Below are positions 50,684-60,705 of a DNA stretch of 64,000 bases, one piece after another (the first letter of the stretch is position 1; every line of letters begins with the position of its first letter). This stretch comes from an uncultured bacterium (GTDB taxonomy: Bacteria; Acidobacteriota; Thermoanaerobaculia; Multivoradales; JAHZIX01): NCBI GenBank assembly GCA_965368975.1, contig CBDUPA010000004.1:160001-224000 (forward strand), given 5' to 3'. The position numbers were made by a program, and so were the translations under genes. The notes below the pieces were generated by a model that ran no database searches, was not told the origin of the DNA, and worked only from the letters and a program-made list of their open reading frames with translations.

Positions 50684-51930
50684 CCATGACCAAGAACGGC
50701 CACGCATGCTCTTCTTCCCTGCCCAACAGCCTCCAGCCTGCGACGCGGGCGGTACGTGCTGGCTTGCAGAGCGACAGTCAGCACGGAGCCGTGGTGCCAC
50801 CGCTGCACCTGTCGTCCACCTTTACCTTTGCCGGCTATGGTGAGCCTCGTCCCTACGACTACACGCGCTCCGGCAACCCGACACGCGACCTGCTCGCTGA
50901 TGCCCTGGCCGACCTGGAAGGTGGGGTCGGAGCGGTGGTCACCAGTACAGGCATGTCCGCCGTGCACCTGGTGCTGCTGCTTCTTCAGCCGGGCGATCTG
51001 CTGTTGGCGCCGAAGGACTGCTACGGCGGTACCTACCGGCTGCTCGATGCCTGCCACAAGCGTGGTGCCTTCCGCGTTCGTTTCATCGATCCGACCAAGC
51101 CGGCCCAGCTTGAAGCTGGGCTGATGGAGAGACCGCGCATGGTGTGGATCGAGACGCCGAGCAATCCGCTGCTGCGGATTACCGACATTGATCACGTGTG
51201 CCGGTCGGCGAGCCGGTGCGAGGCGCTGGTCGTGGTCGACAATACCTTTCTCTCGCCCATTCTGCAGCGGCCGCTGGAACTGGGTGCCGACATCGTTGTG
51301 CACTCGACCACCAAGTACCTCAACGGCCACAGCGACATCGTCGGCGGGGCCGTGATCGCGCGCGACGAGGCCGTGCACCAGGATCTGGCCTGGTGGGCGA
51401 ACTGTCTGGGTATCACCGGGGCTCCGTTCGATAGCTACCTCACCCTGCGTGGTGTGCGTACGTTGCACCCACGCTTGGAGCTGCATCTGCGCAACGCTGC
51501 TGCCCTGGTCGAGCTGCTGGAGGGTCATCCAGCGGTTGAGAAGGTCTACTATCCGGGGTTGGCCAGCCACCCCGGTCACGAGATCGCGGCGTCGCAGCAG
51601 AGTGGCTTTGGCGGCATGCTGAGCTTCGAACTCCGAACGACGGGCGGCAGCGACGGCGAAGCCAAGATCGTCGCGTTGCTCGACGGCTTGCGTTGCTTCT
51701 CGCTGGCCGAGTCGCTCGGTGGCGTCGAGAGTCTGATCGCGCATCCGGCGACCATGACGCATGCCGCCATGGCGCCGGAGGCGCGCGAAGCTGCTGGTAT
51801 CCGGAACTCGCTGCTGCGCATATCCGCTGGTATCGAAGCGGAGGAAGACTTGGAGCGGGACTTGAGGGTGGGCCTCGACCGGGTACTTGACGTGCACGGG
51901 ATGCGGACGCCGGTGAGCGTCGCAAGTTGA
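50680..51930 (+). CDS. metB: Cystathionine gamma-synthase
   Basis: YDYTRSGNPTR, DCYGGT, ETPSNP, DNTF, HSTTKYLNGHSD, WWANCLG, AESLGGVESL. Confidence 0.92.
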   Translation: MTMTKNGHACSSSLPNSLQPATRAVRAGLQSDSQHGAVVPPLHLSSTFTFAGYGEPRPYDYTRSGNPTRDLLADALADLEGGVGAVVTSTGMSAVHLVLLLLQPGDLLLAPKDCYGGTYRLLDACHKRGAFRVRFIDPTKPAQLEAGLMERPRMVWIETPSNPLLRITDIDHVCRSASRCEALVVVDNTFLSPILQRPLELGADIVVHSTTKYLNGHSDIVGGAVIARDEAVHQDLAWWANCLGITGAPFDSYLTLRGVRTLHPRLELHLRNAAALVELLEGHPAVEKVYYPGLASHPGHEIAASQQSGFGGMLSFELRTTGGSDGEAKIVALLDGLRCFSLAESLGGVESLIAHPATMTHAAMAPEAREAAGIRNSLLRISAGIEAEEDLERDLRVGLDRVLDVHGMRTPVSVAS

Positions 51931-52011
51931 AGTCACGGCCGGTGCGTGTGCTGACACGCACCGGCTCCTCGCGCTCGATGCTGCCTTGGGCGGCGTGCTA
52001 GACTCCGCCAG

Positions 52012-52428
52012 ATGTGGAAGACCGCCCTGCACGCCGTGCTCGCCGCTGTGTTGCCATCCGTGATGATGGCGATGGCGGTCTGTGCGGTGCTACCGGTGTG
52101 TCCGATGATGGGGCAAGGGCCGGCGATGGGCGCACAGGTGTCCACGGCGGACCATCACGAAGCGGCACAGGGTCACTGCCACGCAGCAGCACCGACGGAA
52201 TCGAGCGATGACTCGGAGACATCCGGTGCACGCTGTTGCTGTGAGCAACCTCCCGTCACCCCATCGACCACCGTCGACGTTCCGCTCGACCTCGGCTTTT
52301 TCGCCATCCTCACTCTCGACGCGCCCGAGCCCGTGCTCGACGGCGTTCCGACCGCGCGTCCCGAGACCCCGCCCCGGCCGGGTCCGCTGATTCCTCTCTT
52401 CACGCTCCACGCATCCCTGCTGATTTGA
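52012..52428 (+). CDS. Small Cys/His/Met-rich protein upstream of cusCBA (DUF2946-like; candidate regulatory leader peptide)
   Basis: Hydrophobic N-terminus, CPMM, HHE, HCH, CCC, Pro-rich linker, PPRPGP, C-terminal LHASLLI; TGnTAGACT -10 element 7 nt before ATG. Confidence 0.75.
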   Translation: MWKTALHAVLAAVLPSVMMAMAVCAVLPVCPMMGQGPAMGAQVSTADHHEAAQGHCHAAAPTESSDDSETSGARCCCEQPPVTPSTTVDVPLDLGFFAILTLDAPEPVLDGVPTARPETPPRPGPLIPLFTLHASLLI

Positions 52429-52542
52429 GACGTCCTTCCGGCGGAGTTTGAACCGCCGCGGGGACGCGTGCGCTCTCGGGTGAGAGCGCGGATCAGGCTG
52501 AGTGCGTCCCCGTGGTTTCATTGCAACCTCGGAGGACGTACC
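52429..52542 (+). promoter_or_regulatory. Structured intercistronic element with anti-SD
   Basis: ACGTCCTTCCG (52430-52440) is complementary to CGGAGGACGT (52530-52539, the cusC SD); inner stems 52456-52467/52504-52515 and 52470-52477/52482-52489. Confidence 0.6.
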
Positions 52543-53934
52543 TTGTCGACTCGGAACCTATTGGCTGCTATCGCAGCCGTGATCCTACTTGCCGCAGCGG
52601 CTGCGCCAGCTCGCGCCTCCTCAGACAGTCAGCGGCCGGCAGACCTTCTGCTCTCGACGCTCGAACCATCGGCTCTCGCCGACTTCGTGAGCGAAGTCTT
52701 GGAGCGCAGTCCACGCCTGGCGCGGGCCCGCGCCGAAGCGGCAGCGATGGAGGTGCGGGCGCCGCAGGTGCGTGCGTTACCGGACCCGGTCGCGTCGCTG
52801 ACCCTCTTCCTGCTGCCCCCGGAGACGCGCGTCGGACCGCAGCGCTTGACGGTCGGGGTGTCGCAAGCCCTACCCTGGTGGAGCAAGCTCGAATTGCGCG
52901 AGCGTGACGCGCTCTACCAGGCTGCCGCGGCGCGCGCCCAGGTCGATGCTGAGCGCCTGAAGTTGCTCACCGAGGCGCGCACGCTCGCGTACGAGCTGGC
53001 GTTCACGGTCGAGCTGGCGACGATTGCGCGCCAGGAACGCGACCATCTACGACGTCACGAAGAAGCCGCCCAGGCGCGCTACGCGGCTGGCGTTGGCCTA
53101 CAGCAGGCTGTGATCAAGGTGCAGGCCGAGATCACGCGCGCTGAGCAGCGGCTATTGGAGATCGAGCAACGACGGCGGAGCCTCGTCAGCCGGCTGAACG
53201 CGTTGCGTGAGCGGCCGGCGGACACGGCGGTGCCGGCCGTGACCCTGCCCGAGATCTCCGCGTCCGACTTGACGCTTTCGGAGTTCGACGGCGCCTCCTT
53301 CGGCGATCTCCTCGCGGATCTGCGCGCTGCGGCGCGTGTGCAACGGCCGGAACTGGTGGCTTTGCAGGCGCAGCTGCAGGCAGCGGAAGCCCGCGTCGAG
53401 CTGGCGCAGAAGAGGCGGTTGCCGGACTTCACCGTTGGCCTCGGGTACACGGTCGTCGATCGTCGTGACGATGCCCCGGGCCGTGCCAATCCGCCGCCGG
53501 ACAATGGGGAAGACATCCTGGCCATCACGGGTGGGGTCCGGCTGCCTCTGTGGCGAGAGAGCCTGGCGGCCAGCTTGGAAGAAGCTCTGCAGCGCCAGCG
53601 TGTCCTCGAGTTCGCCGAACGCCAGCTGCACAGCGACATCGAACGTGACCTCGGCGATCTGCTGTCCCGGCTGCCGCTGCTGCACGAGCAGTGTCGCTTG
53701 TTCGATCGGGTCCTGCTGCTGCAAGCCGAAGAGGCCCTGCACTCAGCTGAGACGGCGTACGCCACCGGCAAGACCGACGTACTGAACCTTCTCGACGCCG
53801 AACACGTGCTATTCGACGTTCGTCGCGGTCGCTTGCGGGCGCGCGCAGACTTCGTCGTCGCCTTGGCGCAGCTGGAGGGAGTGACGGGAGTGCCCCTGCG
53901 AGGAGAATTACAGACAATGGAGAACGTGCAATGA
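52543..53934 (+). CDS. cusC: TolC/CusC-family outer-membrane efflux protein
   Basis: Signal peptide, ALPDP, VSQALPW, QARYAAG, RPEL, LPDFTVG, AYATGK..VLNLLDA; TTG start after GGAGG. Confidence 0.85.
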   Translation: MSTRNLLAAIAAVILLAAAAAPARASSDSQRPADLLLSTLEPSALADFVSEVLERSPRLARARAEAAAMEVRAPQVRALPDPVASLTLFLLPPETRVGPQRLTVGVSQALPWWSKLELRERDALYQAAAARAQVDAERLKLLTEARTLAYELAFTVELATIARQERDHLRRHEEAAQARYAAGVGLQQAVIKVQAEITRAEQRLLEIEQRRRSLVSRLNALRERPADTAVPAVTLPEISASDLTLSEFDGASFGDLLADLRAAARVQRPELVALQAQLQAAEARVELAQKRRLPDFTVGLGYTVVDRRDDAPGRANPPPDNGEDILAITGGVRLPLWRESLAASLEEALQRQRVLEFAERQLHSDIERDLGDLLSRLPLLHEQCRLFDRVLLLQAEEALHSAETAYATGKTDVLNLLDAEHVLFDVRRGRLRARADFVVALAQLEGVTGVPLRGELQTMENVQ

Positions 53935-55427
53935 AGTCGTTTCCCCGTACCTTGTTGACCGTCGTGGCAAGCGCGCTCGCGGGCATCTGTGTGACCGTCT
54001 TGGTTGTTCTCGATCCGCTCGGGCTGCATCCGTTCGACGAGCGCTGGTTCGGTGACGAACAGGAGCAGGCTAGCAGCGGCCAGTTGTGGACCTGCGGCAT
54101 GCACCCGCAAGTGATGCTCGAGGAGTCGGGCGCGTGCCCGATCTGCCACATGGAGCTGGTACCGCTGGACGCCGAGGAGGACCACACGCACGACGCTGGC
54201 GCTGAGCCAGACGAACTCTGGACGTGCCCGATGCATCCCAACATCTTGCAGCACGAGTTCGGCCGCTGCCCGATCTGTGGCATGGATCTGGTGCGCGTCG
54301 AAGTCGAGGAGAGCGACTCGAGCACCTCGACTGCCGGCGATCCACAGCAGGGAGCCATCGTGTCGCTGGAGCCGTCGGTGATCCAGACGATGAATGTTCG
54401 CACGGCGCCGGTCGAGCGGCGGGACCTGGCGCGCGAGATTCGCACCGTCGGCTACCTGGAGTACGACCCGGAACGTATGGTCACCGTGACGACCAAGTAC
54501 GCGGGCTGGGTGGAGAAGGTCTATGTGAACTATGTCGGCGAGCGCGTGCGCCGGGGTCAACCGCTGTTCGAGATCTACGCGCCGGAGCTGGTGCAGACGG
54601 AGCAAGAGCTGCTCTCCGCGCTCGACTTCGCCGCCCGTATGGCACGCCTGTCGGAGAACGGGGACGATTCCGAGTCTGACCAGGATGCCCTGCGGCGCGC
54701 CGAGGCCCTGGTGGAGGCGGCACGAACGCGGCTGCGCTACTGGGACATCCGCGACGAACAGGTCGCCGAGCTGGAGCGTACGCGGGAGGTGTTCCGCACG
54801 CTGACGGTCACGGCGCCGGCCTCCGGGGTCGTGATGAAGCGCATGGACGGCCTCGAAGGCATGGCAGTCAGGCCCGGGATGGAGACCTTTCACCTGGTCG
54901 ATCTGTCGGGCTTGTGGTTGTCCGTGGAGGTGTATGAAGATCAGATCGGAGACATCGAGCGCGGCATGACGGCCGATGTCCACTTCAGCACCTACCCCGG
55001 CGAGACCTTCCACGGCACGGTGCGCTTTCTGGAGCCGGAGCTGTCCGAGCGGACGCGTACGCTCGGGCTCAAGCTGGCGGTTTCCAACCGAGACGGCCGG
55101 TTGCGTCCGGGTATGTATGCGACGGTCGAGCTGCAGCCCGTTGCCGCGCCCGACGCCCTGACCGTGCCCTCTGCCGCCGTGCTGCGCACCGGCGAGCGCG
55201 ATGTCGTGGTGGTGTCGCTGGGCGGTGGTCGCTTCGCGCCACGCACCGTCACGGTGGGGCACGAGTTGCAGGGCCGCACGCAACTGCTCGACGGCGTCCA
55301 CGAAGGCGAGCACGTGGTGACGTCGGCGCAGTTCCTGCTCGATTCCGAGTCGAACCTGCGGGCGGCGATCCAGCGCTTGGCGTCTCAAGAGCGGTCCTCG
55401 CGGCAGCAGCAGGAAGGGGGGAGTTGA
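53931..55427 (+). CDS. cusB: CusB-family RND adaptor with two heavy-metal-binding domains
   Basis: WTCGMHP...CPICHMELVP and WTCPMHP...CPICGMDLV; GWVEK, YAPELVQTEQE, LRPGMY, SAQFLLDSESNL. Confidence 0.9.
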   Translation: MKSFPRTLLTVVASALAGICVTVLVVLDPLGLHPFDERWFGDEQEQASSGQLWTCGMHPQVMLEESGACPICHMELVPLDAEEDHTHDAGAEPDELWTCPMHPNILQHEFGRCPICGMDLVRVEVEESDSSTSTAGDPQQGAIVSLEPSVIQTMNVRTAPVERRDLAREIRTVGYLEYDPERMVTVTTKYAGWVEKVYVNYVGERVRRGQPLFEIYAPELVQTEQELLSALDFAARMARLSENGDDSESDQDALRRAEALVEAARTRLRYWDIRDEQVAELERTREVFRTLTVTAPASGVVMKRMDGLEGMAVRPGMETFHLVDLSGLWLSVEVYEDQIGDIERGMTADVHFSTYPGETFHGTVRFLEPELSERTRTLGLKLAVSNRDGRLRPGMYATVELQPVAAPDALTVPSAAVLRTGERDVVVVSLGGGRFAPRTVTVGHELQGRTQLLDGVHEGEHVVTSAQFLLDSESNLRAAIQRLASQERSSRQQQEGGS

Positions 55428-55428
55428 C

Positions 55429-58400
55429 ATGCTGGCCAAGCTCATCGAGTGGTCCCTGCGCAACCAGCTGCTGGTGATCGTCGGTGTCGTGACGTCGGTG
55501 GTCGCCGGCCTGTGGGCGGTGCAGGAGATCCGCCTCGACGCCATTCCCGACCTCACCGACACACAGGTGATCGTCTACACCGAGTTTTCCGGTCAAGGGC
55601 CGCAGGTGGTCCAAGATCAGGTCACCTTTCCGATCAGCTCGACCTTGCTTGCCGTGCCGCACGCCAAGGTGGTGCGCGGCTACTCCTTCTTCGGCTTCTC
55701 GCTGGTCTACGTGCTGTTCGAAGATGGCACTGATCTCTACTGGGCCCGCGCCCGCGTGCTGGAGACGCTGTCCGGACTCACAGGGCAGCTGCCTGACGCC
55801 GTGGCACCGCGGCTGGGGCCGGATGCCACGGGCGTCGGTTGGGCCTACATCTACACGCTCAATTCTGACCGGCGCTCGCTCGAGGAGTTGCGCAGCCTGC
55901 AGGATTGGTATCTCCGCTACGGCTTGACCGCGGTCGAGGGCGTTTCCGAGGTCGCCTCGGTCGGTGGCTTCGTGCGCCAGTACCAAGTCGAAGTCGACCC
56001 CGTACGCATGCGGGCCTATGGCGTTTCTCTGCCACGCGTGCGCGACGCCATTCGCCGCTCCAACAGGGACGTTGGTGGCCGTCTGCTGGAGATGGCGGAG
56101 CGCGAGCTGATGATCCGCGGGCGCGGGTACATCCGAGAGATCGAGGACCTGGAGCAGATCCCTCTTGGGAGCGGCGCCGGGGGCGTGCCGATCCTGCTCA
56201 GCGATGTCGCTCGGGTCAGTATTGGCCCGGAGATCCGGCGCGGCCTGGTCGACTGGAACGGCGAGGGTGAGACCGTGGCCGGTATCGTCGTGGTGCGCTC
56301 GGGTGCCGACACGCTGAGCACCATCGCGCGGGTCAAGGAGAGGCTGGAAGAGCTGCGCGCCGGCCTGCCGGACGACGTACGCATCGACGTCGCTTACGAC
56401 CGCACGCAGCTGATCGAGCGCTCGGTCGAGACGCTGACCGACACGCTGGTCGAAGAGTCGATCGTGGTGGCACTGGTGTGCCTGATCTTTCTCTTCCACC
56501 TGCGCTCGGCCTTTGTCGCCATCGTGTCGATCCCGATGTCGATCCTCCTGGCGCTGGTCCTGATGCATCTGCAGGGCCTGGGCGCCAACATCATGTCCCT
56601 GGGTGGCATCGCGATCTCGATCGGGGTGCTGGTAGATGCAGCGATCATCATGGTCGAGAACGCCCACAAACACTTGGAGAAGGCGCCGAGTGACGGTAGA
56701 CATTCGCATTTCGACCTGATCTTGCGGGCGTCGCAGGAAGTTGGGCCGACGCTCTTCTTCACCCTCTTGATCATCACCGTCTCGTTCCTGCCCATCTTCA
56801 CCCTGCAGGATCAGGAGGGGCGCCTGTTCAAGCCGCTGGCCTTTACCAAGACCTATGCCATGGGCTTGTCGGCGATCCTGGCGGTGACGGTCGTGCCGGT
56901 GCTCATGTACTGGTTCGTGCGCGGGCGCGTGTGGAGCGAAGACAAGCACCCGGTATCGCGCCTGCTGCGCTGGCTCTACAAGCCGTTCCTGAATCTGGCG
57001 CTGCGCTGGCGCTGGCCGCTGCTCGTGGCCACCGTGCTGGTGCTGGCCTTGACCTTCATTCCGCTGCAACGCATCGGTTCAGAGTTCATGCCGCCGCTGT
57101 GGGAGGGTGACATCCTCTACATGCCGACGACGCTGCCCGGAATCTCGATCGACAAGGCGCGCGAGCTGACCCAGCAAACCGACCGGCTGATCGCCGAAGT
57201 GCCGGAAGTGATCAGCGTGCTGGGCAAGGCGGGGCGTGCCGAGACGCCCACGGACCCGGCGCCCCTGTCGATGTTGGAGACGCACATCTTGCTCAAAGAC
57301 CCGAGCGAATGGCGTCCAGGCTTGACGCGCGAGGATCTGATTCGCGAACTCGACGAGCGGGTGCAGATTCCAGGCCTCACCAACGCCTGGACGATGCCGA
57401 TCCGCACGCGCATCGACATGCTGTCGACCGGTATCCGGACGCCGGTCGGCATCAAGATCGGCGGCCCCGACCTGGTGACCCTGGAGCGCCTGGCACAGGA
57501 GGTCGAAACCCTGGTCAAGCCGCTGCCCGGTACGCTCACCGCCTACGCCGAGCGCGTCATGGGTGGTACCTACCTGGACTTCGACATCGATCGTGCCGCT
57601 GCCGCGCGCTACGGCCTGACGGTGGGAGATGTGCAAGACGTGATCCAGACCGCGGCCGGCGGCATGAACGTCACCTGGACGGTCGAGGGGCTGGAGCGCT
57701 ACCCGGTGAATGTGCGCTATCCGCGCGAGCTGCGCGACGATCCCGAAGCTCTGGGGCAGATCCTGGTGCCGACGCCGGGCGGTGCCCAGATTCCGCTCAG
57801 CCAGCTGTCGACGCTGGAGATCCATGCCGGTCCGCCGGGCATCAAGTCGGAGAATGCACGCCCCAATGCCTGGGTCTACGTCGATCTCCGCGGGATCGAT
57901 GTCGGCACCTGGGTCGAGCGGGCACGCCAGGTCGTCGACGCGCATCTCGAGCTACCGCCCGGGTACACCCTCTTCTGGTCCGGTCAGTACGAAGCGATGG
58001 AGCGGGCGCGGGCCCGCCTGCTGGTCATCGTGCCGCTGACGCTGCTGGTCATCTTCGTCATCCTCTACGTCCACACGCGTTCGTGGGTGAAGACGGCGAT
58101 GGTCCTGCTGGCCGTGCCGTGTGCCCTGGTGGGCTCGGTGTGGCTGCTCGACGCGCTGGACTACAACAGCTCGGTCGCCGTTTGGGTCGGCCTGATTGCG
58201 CTGGCTGGTCTGGCGGCCGAGACCGGCGTCGTGATGCTGCTCTATCTCGACCTGGCCTATGACGAGTGGAAGGCGAAGGGCCGGATGCAGACGTGGGCGC
58301 ACTTGGTCGAAGCCGTCGACCACGGCGCGCTGCAGCGCATCCGACCCAAGATGATGACCGTGGCCACGGTCCTGGTATCTCTGGTTCCCATCCTGTGGGC

Positions 58401-58611
58401 TACCGGAACCGGTGCCGACGTCATGCGCCGCATCGCCGCGCCGATGGTCGGTGGCATCCTGACCTCCTTCATCAGCGGGTTGTTCCTGTTCCCGGCGCTC
58501 TACTTCATCTGGCGCTGTCGAGGGTTGGAGCGTTCGGAGCTGTTCCCGACGCAGGCGGCGTTGCAGGAGAGCGAGTCGGAGTCGGAGCTCGACGAGGAGG
58601 AAACCGCGTAA
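55429..58611 (+). CDS. cusA: CusA-family Cu(I)/Ag(I) RND efflux pump
   Basis: LDAIPDLTDTQVI, GPDATGVGW, MSLGGIAI..G.LVDAAI, metal Met triad (LYMPT, PLSML, IDMLSTG), RIRPKMMT, RIAAPMVGG. Confidence 0.95.
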   Translation: MLAKLIEWSLRNQLLVIVGVVTSVVAGLWAVQEIRLDAIPDLTDTQVIVYTEFSGQGPQVVQDQVTFPISSTLLAVPHAKVVRGYSFFGFSLVYVLFEDGTDLYWARARVLETLSGLTGQLPDAVAPRLGPDATGVGWAYIYTLNSDRRSLEELRSLQDWYLRYGLTAVEGVSEVASVGGFVRQYQVEVDPVRMRAYGVSLPRVRDAIRRSNRDVGGRLLEMAERELMIRGRGYIREIEDLEQIPLGSGAGGVPILLSDVARVSIGPEIRRGLVDWNGEGETVAGIVVVRSGADTLSTIARVKERLEELRAGLPDDVRIDVAYDRTQLIERSVETLTDTLVEESIVVALVCLIFLFHLRSAFVAIVSIPMSILLALVLMHLQGLGANIMSLGGIAISIGVLVDAAIIMVENAHKHLEKAPSDGRHSHFDLILRASQEVGPTLFFTLLIITVSFLPIFTLQDQEGRLFKPLAFTKTYAMGLSAILAVTVVPVLMYWFVRGRVWSEDKHPVSRLLRWLYKPFLNLALRWRWPLLVATVLVLALTFIPLQRIGSEFMPPLWEGDILYMPTTLPGISIDKARELTQQTDRLIAEVPEVISVLGKAGRAETPTDPAPLSMLETHILLKDPSEWRPGLTREDLIRELDERVQIPGLTNAWTMPIRTRIDMLSTGIRTPVGIKIGGPDLVTLERLAQEVETLVKPLPGTLTAYAERVMGGTYLDFDIDRAAAARYGLTVGDVQDVIQTAAGGMNVTWTVEGLERYPVNVRYPRELRDDPEALGQILVPTPGGAQIPLSQLSTLEIHAGPPGIKSENARPNAWVYVDLRGIDVGTWVERARQVVDAHLELPPGYTLFWSGQYEAMERARARLLVIVPLTLLVIFVILYVHTRSWVKTAMVLLAVPCALVGSVWLLDALDYNSSVAVWVGLIALAGLAAETGVVMLLYLDLAYDEWKAKGRMQTWAHLVEAVDHGALQRIRPKMMTVATVLVSLVPILWATGTGADVMRRIAAPMVGGILTSFISGLFLFPALYFIWRCRGLERSELFPTQAALQESESESELDEEETA

Positions 58612-58693
58612 GCGCAACGCGGCAGCGGTGGATGGGTAGAATTGCGCTCCACTCGCCGAGCCTCTCACCGGGCCTGGTATCGAAAGGATCGCC

Positions 58694-59947
58694 ATGAGCC
58701 TGTTCACCGTCGCCGCTATCGTCATCTCGCTGACCGCCGTTCTGAGCTGGCTCACGCGCCGCTACACGAGCCTGCCACATACCATCGGCATCTTGCTCGC
58801 CGCGCTGGCGGCATCGCTGTTGTTGATCGTGCTGGGGCTGTTCGGTCTCGGCCCCGAAGCTTGGGCCGAGCAGCTGCTGGAGCAGGTCGATTTCGACGAG
58901 CTGCTGATGAAGGGCATGCTCAGCTTCCTGCTCTTCGCTGGCGCGCTGCACGTCAACCTCAGCGATCTGCTAGAGCAGAAGTGGCCGATCCTGCTGCTCG
59001 CCACCTTCGGTGTCGCGATCTCGGCCTTCCTCGTCGGCGCGGGGATCTGGTGGCTGCTCGGCTTGCTCGGCATGCCGATTCCCTTCCTCTATGCCCTGCT
59101 CTTCGGCGCCCTCATTTCGCCCACCGACCCGATCGCTGTGCTCGGCGTGCTCAAGCAGATCAAGACGCCCAAGCCTTTGCAGGCCCTGATCGCTGGAGAG
59201 TCGCTTTTCAACGACGGTGTCGCGGTGGTCGTCTTTCTGGTGCTTCTGAGCCTGGCGACGGGCACTGGCGGTGCCGGCGGAGGCGACATGGACGGCGGCG
59301 GGATCGCGATGCTCTTTCTTGAAGAGGCCGTTGGCGGTGTCTTGCTCGGTCTGGCGCTCGGCTTCGTCGCCTACCAGATGCTCAAGCGGATGGACGACTA
59401 CACCGTCGAGGTGCTGATCACGCTGGCGGTGGTGATGGGTGGCTACGCGCTGGCCGGCAGCCTACACATGTCCGGCCCTCTCGCCATCGTCGTCGCGGGC
59501 CTGTTCCTCGGCAACCACGGCCGCCACTTCGCCATGTCCGACACGACCCGCGAGCACCTCGACACCTTCTGGGAGATGGTCGACGAGATCCTGAACGCCG
59601 TGCTCTTCGTCCTCATCGGCCTGGAATTGCTGATCCTGGAACTCGAGCCGAAGATGTTCCTGGTCGGCCTGCTAGCGATTCCTCTGGTCCTCGGTGTGCG
59701 GTTCACCACCGTCGGCGGCACCATCACCGGCCTGCGCAAGCTCGGCCACAAGCTACCTGTCTACACCGTCCGTATGCTCACCTGGGGCGGCATCCGCGGG
59801 GGCATCTCGATCGCCCTGGCGCTGGCCCTGCCACCTTCCCCGACCCGCGACCTGATCCTGGTCGCTACCTATGTCGTGGTGATCTTCTCGATCGTCGTCC
59901 AGGGCCTGACCGTCAGCGGGCTGGCACGGAAAGCGGGGGGAGCTTGA
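58694..59947 (+). CDS. nhaP: CPA1 Na+/H+ antiporter (NhaP-like)
   Basis: FLLFAGALHV, FGALISPTDPIAV, GESLFNDG, SGPLA, WGGIRGG, FSIVVQGLT. Confidence 0.9.
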   Translation: MSLFTVAAIVISLTAVLSWLTRRYTSLPHTIGILLAALAASLLLIVLGLFGLGPEAWAEQLLEQVDFDELLMKGMLSFLLFAGALHVNLSDLLEQKWPILLLATFGVAISAFLVGAGIWWLLGLLGMPIPFLYALLFGALISPTDPIAVLGVLKQIKTPKPLQALIAGESLFNDGVAVVVFLVLLSLATGTGGAGGGDMDGGGIAMLFLEEAVGGVLLGLALGFVAYQMLKRMDDYTVEVLITLAVVMGGYALAGSLHMSGPLAIVVAGLFLGNHGRHFAMSDTTREHLDTFWEMVDEILNAVLFVLIGLELLILELEPKMFLVGLLAIPLVLGVRFTTVGGTITGLRKLGHKLPVYTVRMLTWGGIRGGISIALALALPPSPTRDLILVATYVVVIFSIVVQGLTVSGLARKAGGA

Positions 59948-59995
59948 CGTTTCGGCCAGCGACCCGAGGCTCAGCCTCAATCGTGCGTGGCCAAC

Positions 59996-60583
59996 TCAGC
60001 TGAACAGCTTGTCGACCGCCAGCACCCACCCCGGAACCGCGGGCTCCGCCTCGGCCAGACTGCCGCTGCCGTAGACGGCCGCGGGTGTCTCGGAATCGCC
60101 GTCGCGGAAGACGCGCACGGTCTCATCCCCGCGCAGGTCGACATCCCACACGACCAGCGTCCCGGCGGCGAAGTAGTCCGCGCGCTTGGCGGCCATCGCC
60201 TGCTCAGCCGCAGGACCATAGTCGTTCTCGCTACGGATCTCGACCGCGAACACCGGAGCACCCTGCATGAACCTCAAGTCCTTCGGTGGTGGGTCCTGGT
60301 GGAAGGCGATATCGGGACTGAAGCTCTTCCGGTTCGGCAGGTCGACCACGAAGCCGACGTTGTCCGGGTACACGTAGCCGCCGGCCTGCTTCTCGAAAGG
60401 ATAGAGGTGCCGGCAGAGGATGAAGCCCACGCGGCCGGGCAAGCCTCCGGTGGGACTCATACTGACCAGTCTGCCGTCGACAAGCTCCGCCTTGTCGGGT
60501 TCTCGATAGAGATCCGTGAGAGTCGCGGGATGCTTCGGCGCGGACGGGGGTGTCCCCGACGGGGACGTTTGGAGGTGTTCCAT
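59996..60583 (-). CDS. Uma2-family PD-(D/E)XK endonuclease-like protein
   Basis: AELVDG, SPDIAF, GAPVFAVEIRS, KRADYFAAGTLVVWDVD, EPAVPGW. Confidence 0.88.
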   Translation of the reverse strand: MEHLQTSPSGTPPSAPKHPATLTDLYREPDKAELVDGRLVSMSPTGGLPGRVGFILCRHLYPFEKQAGGYVYPDNVGFVVDLPNRKSFSPDIAFHQDPPPKDLRFMQGAPVFAVEIRSENDYGPAAEQAMAAKRADYFAAGTLVVWDVDLRGDETVRVFRDGDSETPAAVYGSGSLAEAEPAVPGWVLAVDKLFS

Positions 60584-60705
60584 CTCTCAGAAAGCTTACT
60601 ACCTCGCGGCAGAGTTGGTTGCTTTCCTCCCGAAAGCCCAGATCAGCTGCTCCGTCGAGCGGCTGGGGGCAGAACAAAGAATACGGAGGTGTTCGACCGG
60701 AGGAA

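Noticed and set aside
53079-57069. Long minus-strand ORFs (827 aa, 606 aa) and similar ones such as 2795-4717, 31547-32788 and 37079-38479
   Set aside because: Antisense or off-frame shadows of well-supported genes, expected in high-GC DNA; no protein motifs
58612-58693. Na+/Li+ or fluoride riboswitch upstream of nhaP
   Set aside because: The leader after the TAGAAT -10 box is short and I could not match any consensus
59996-60583. Uma2 nuclease as a mobile element or defence system
   Set aside because: Solitary, common multi-copy family; no methylase, transposase, terminal repeats or compositional shift
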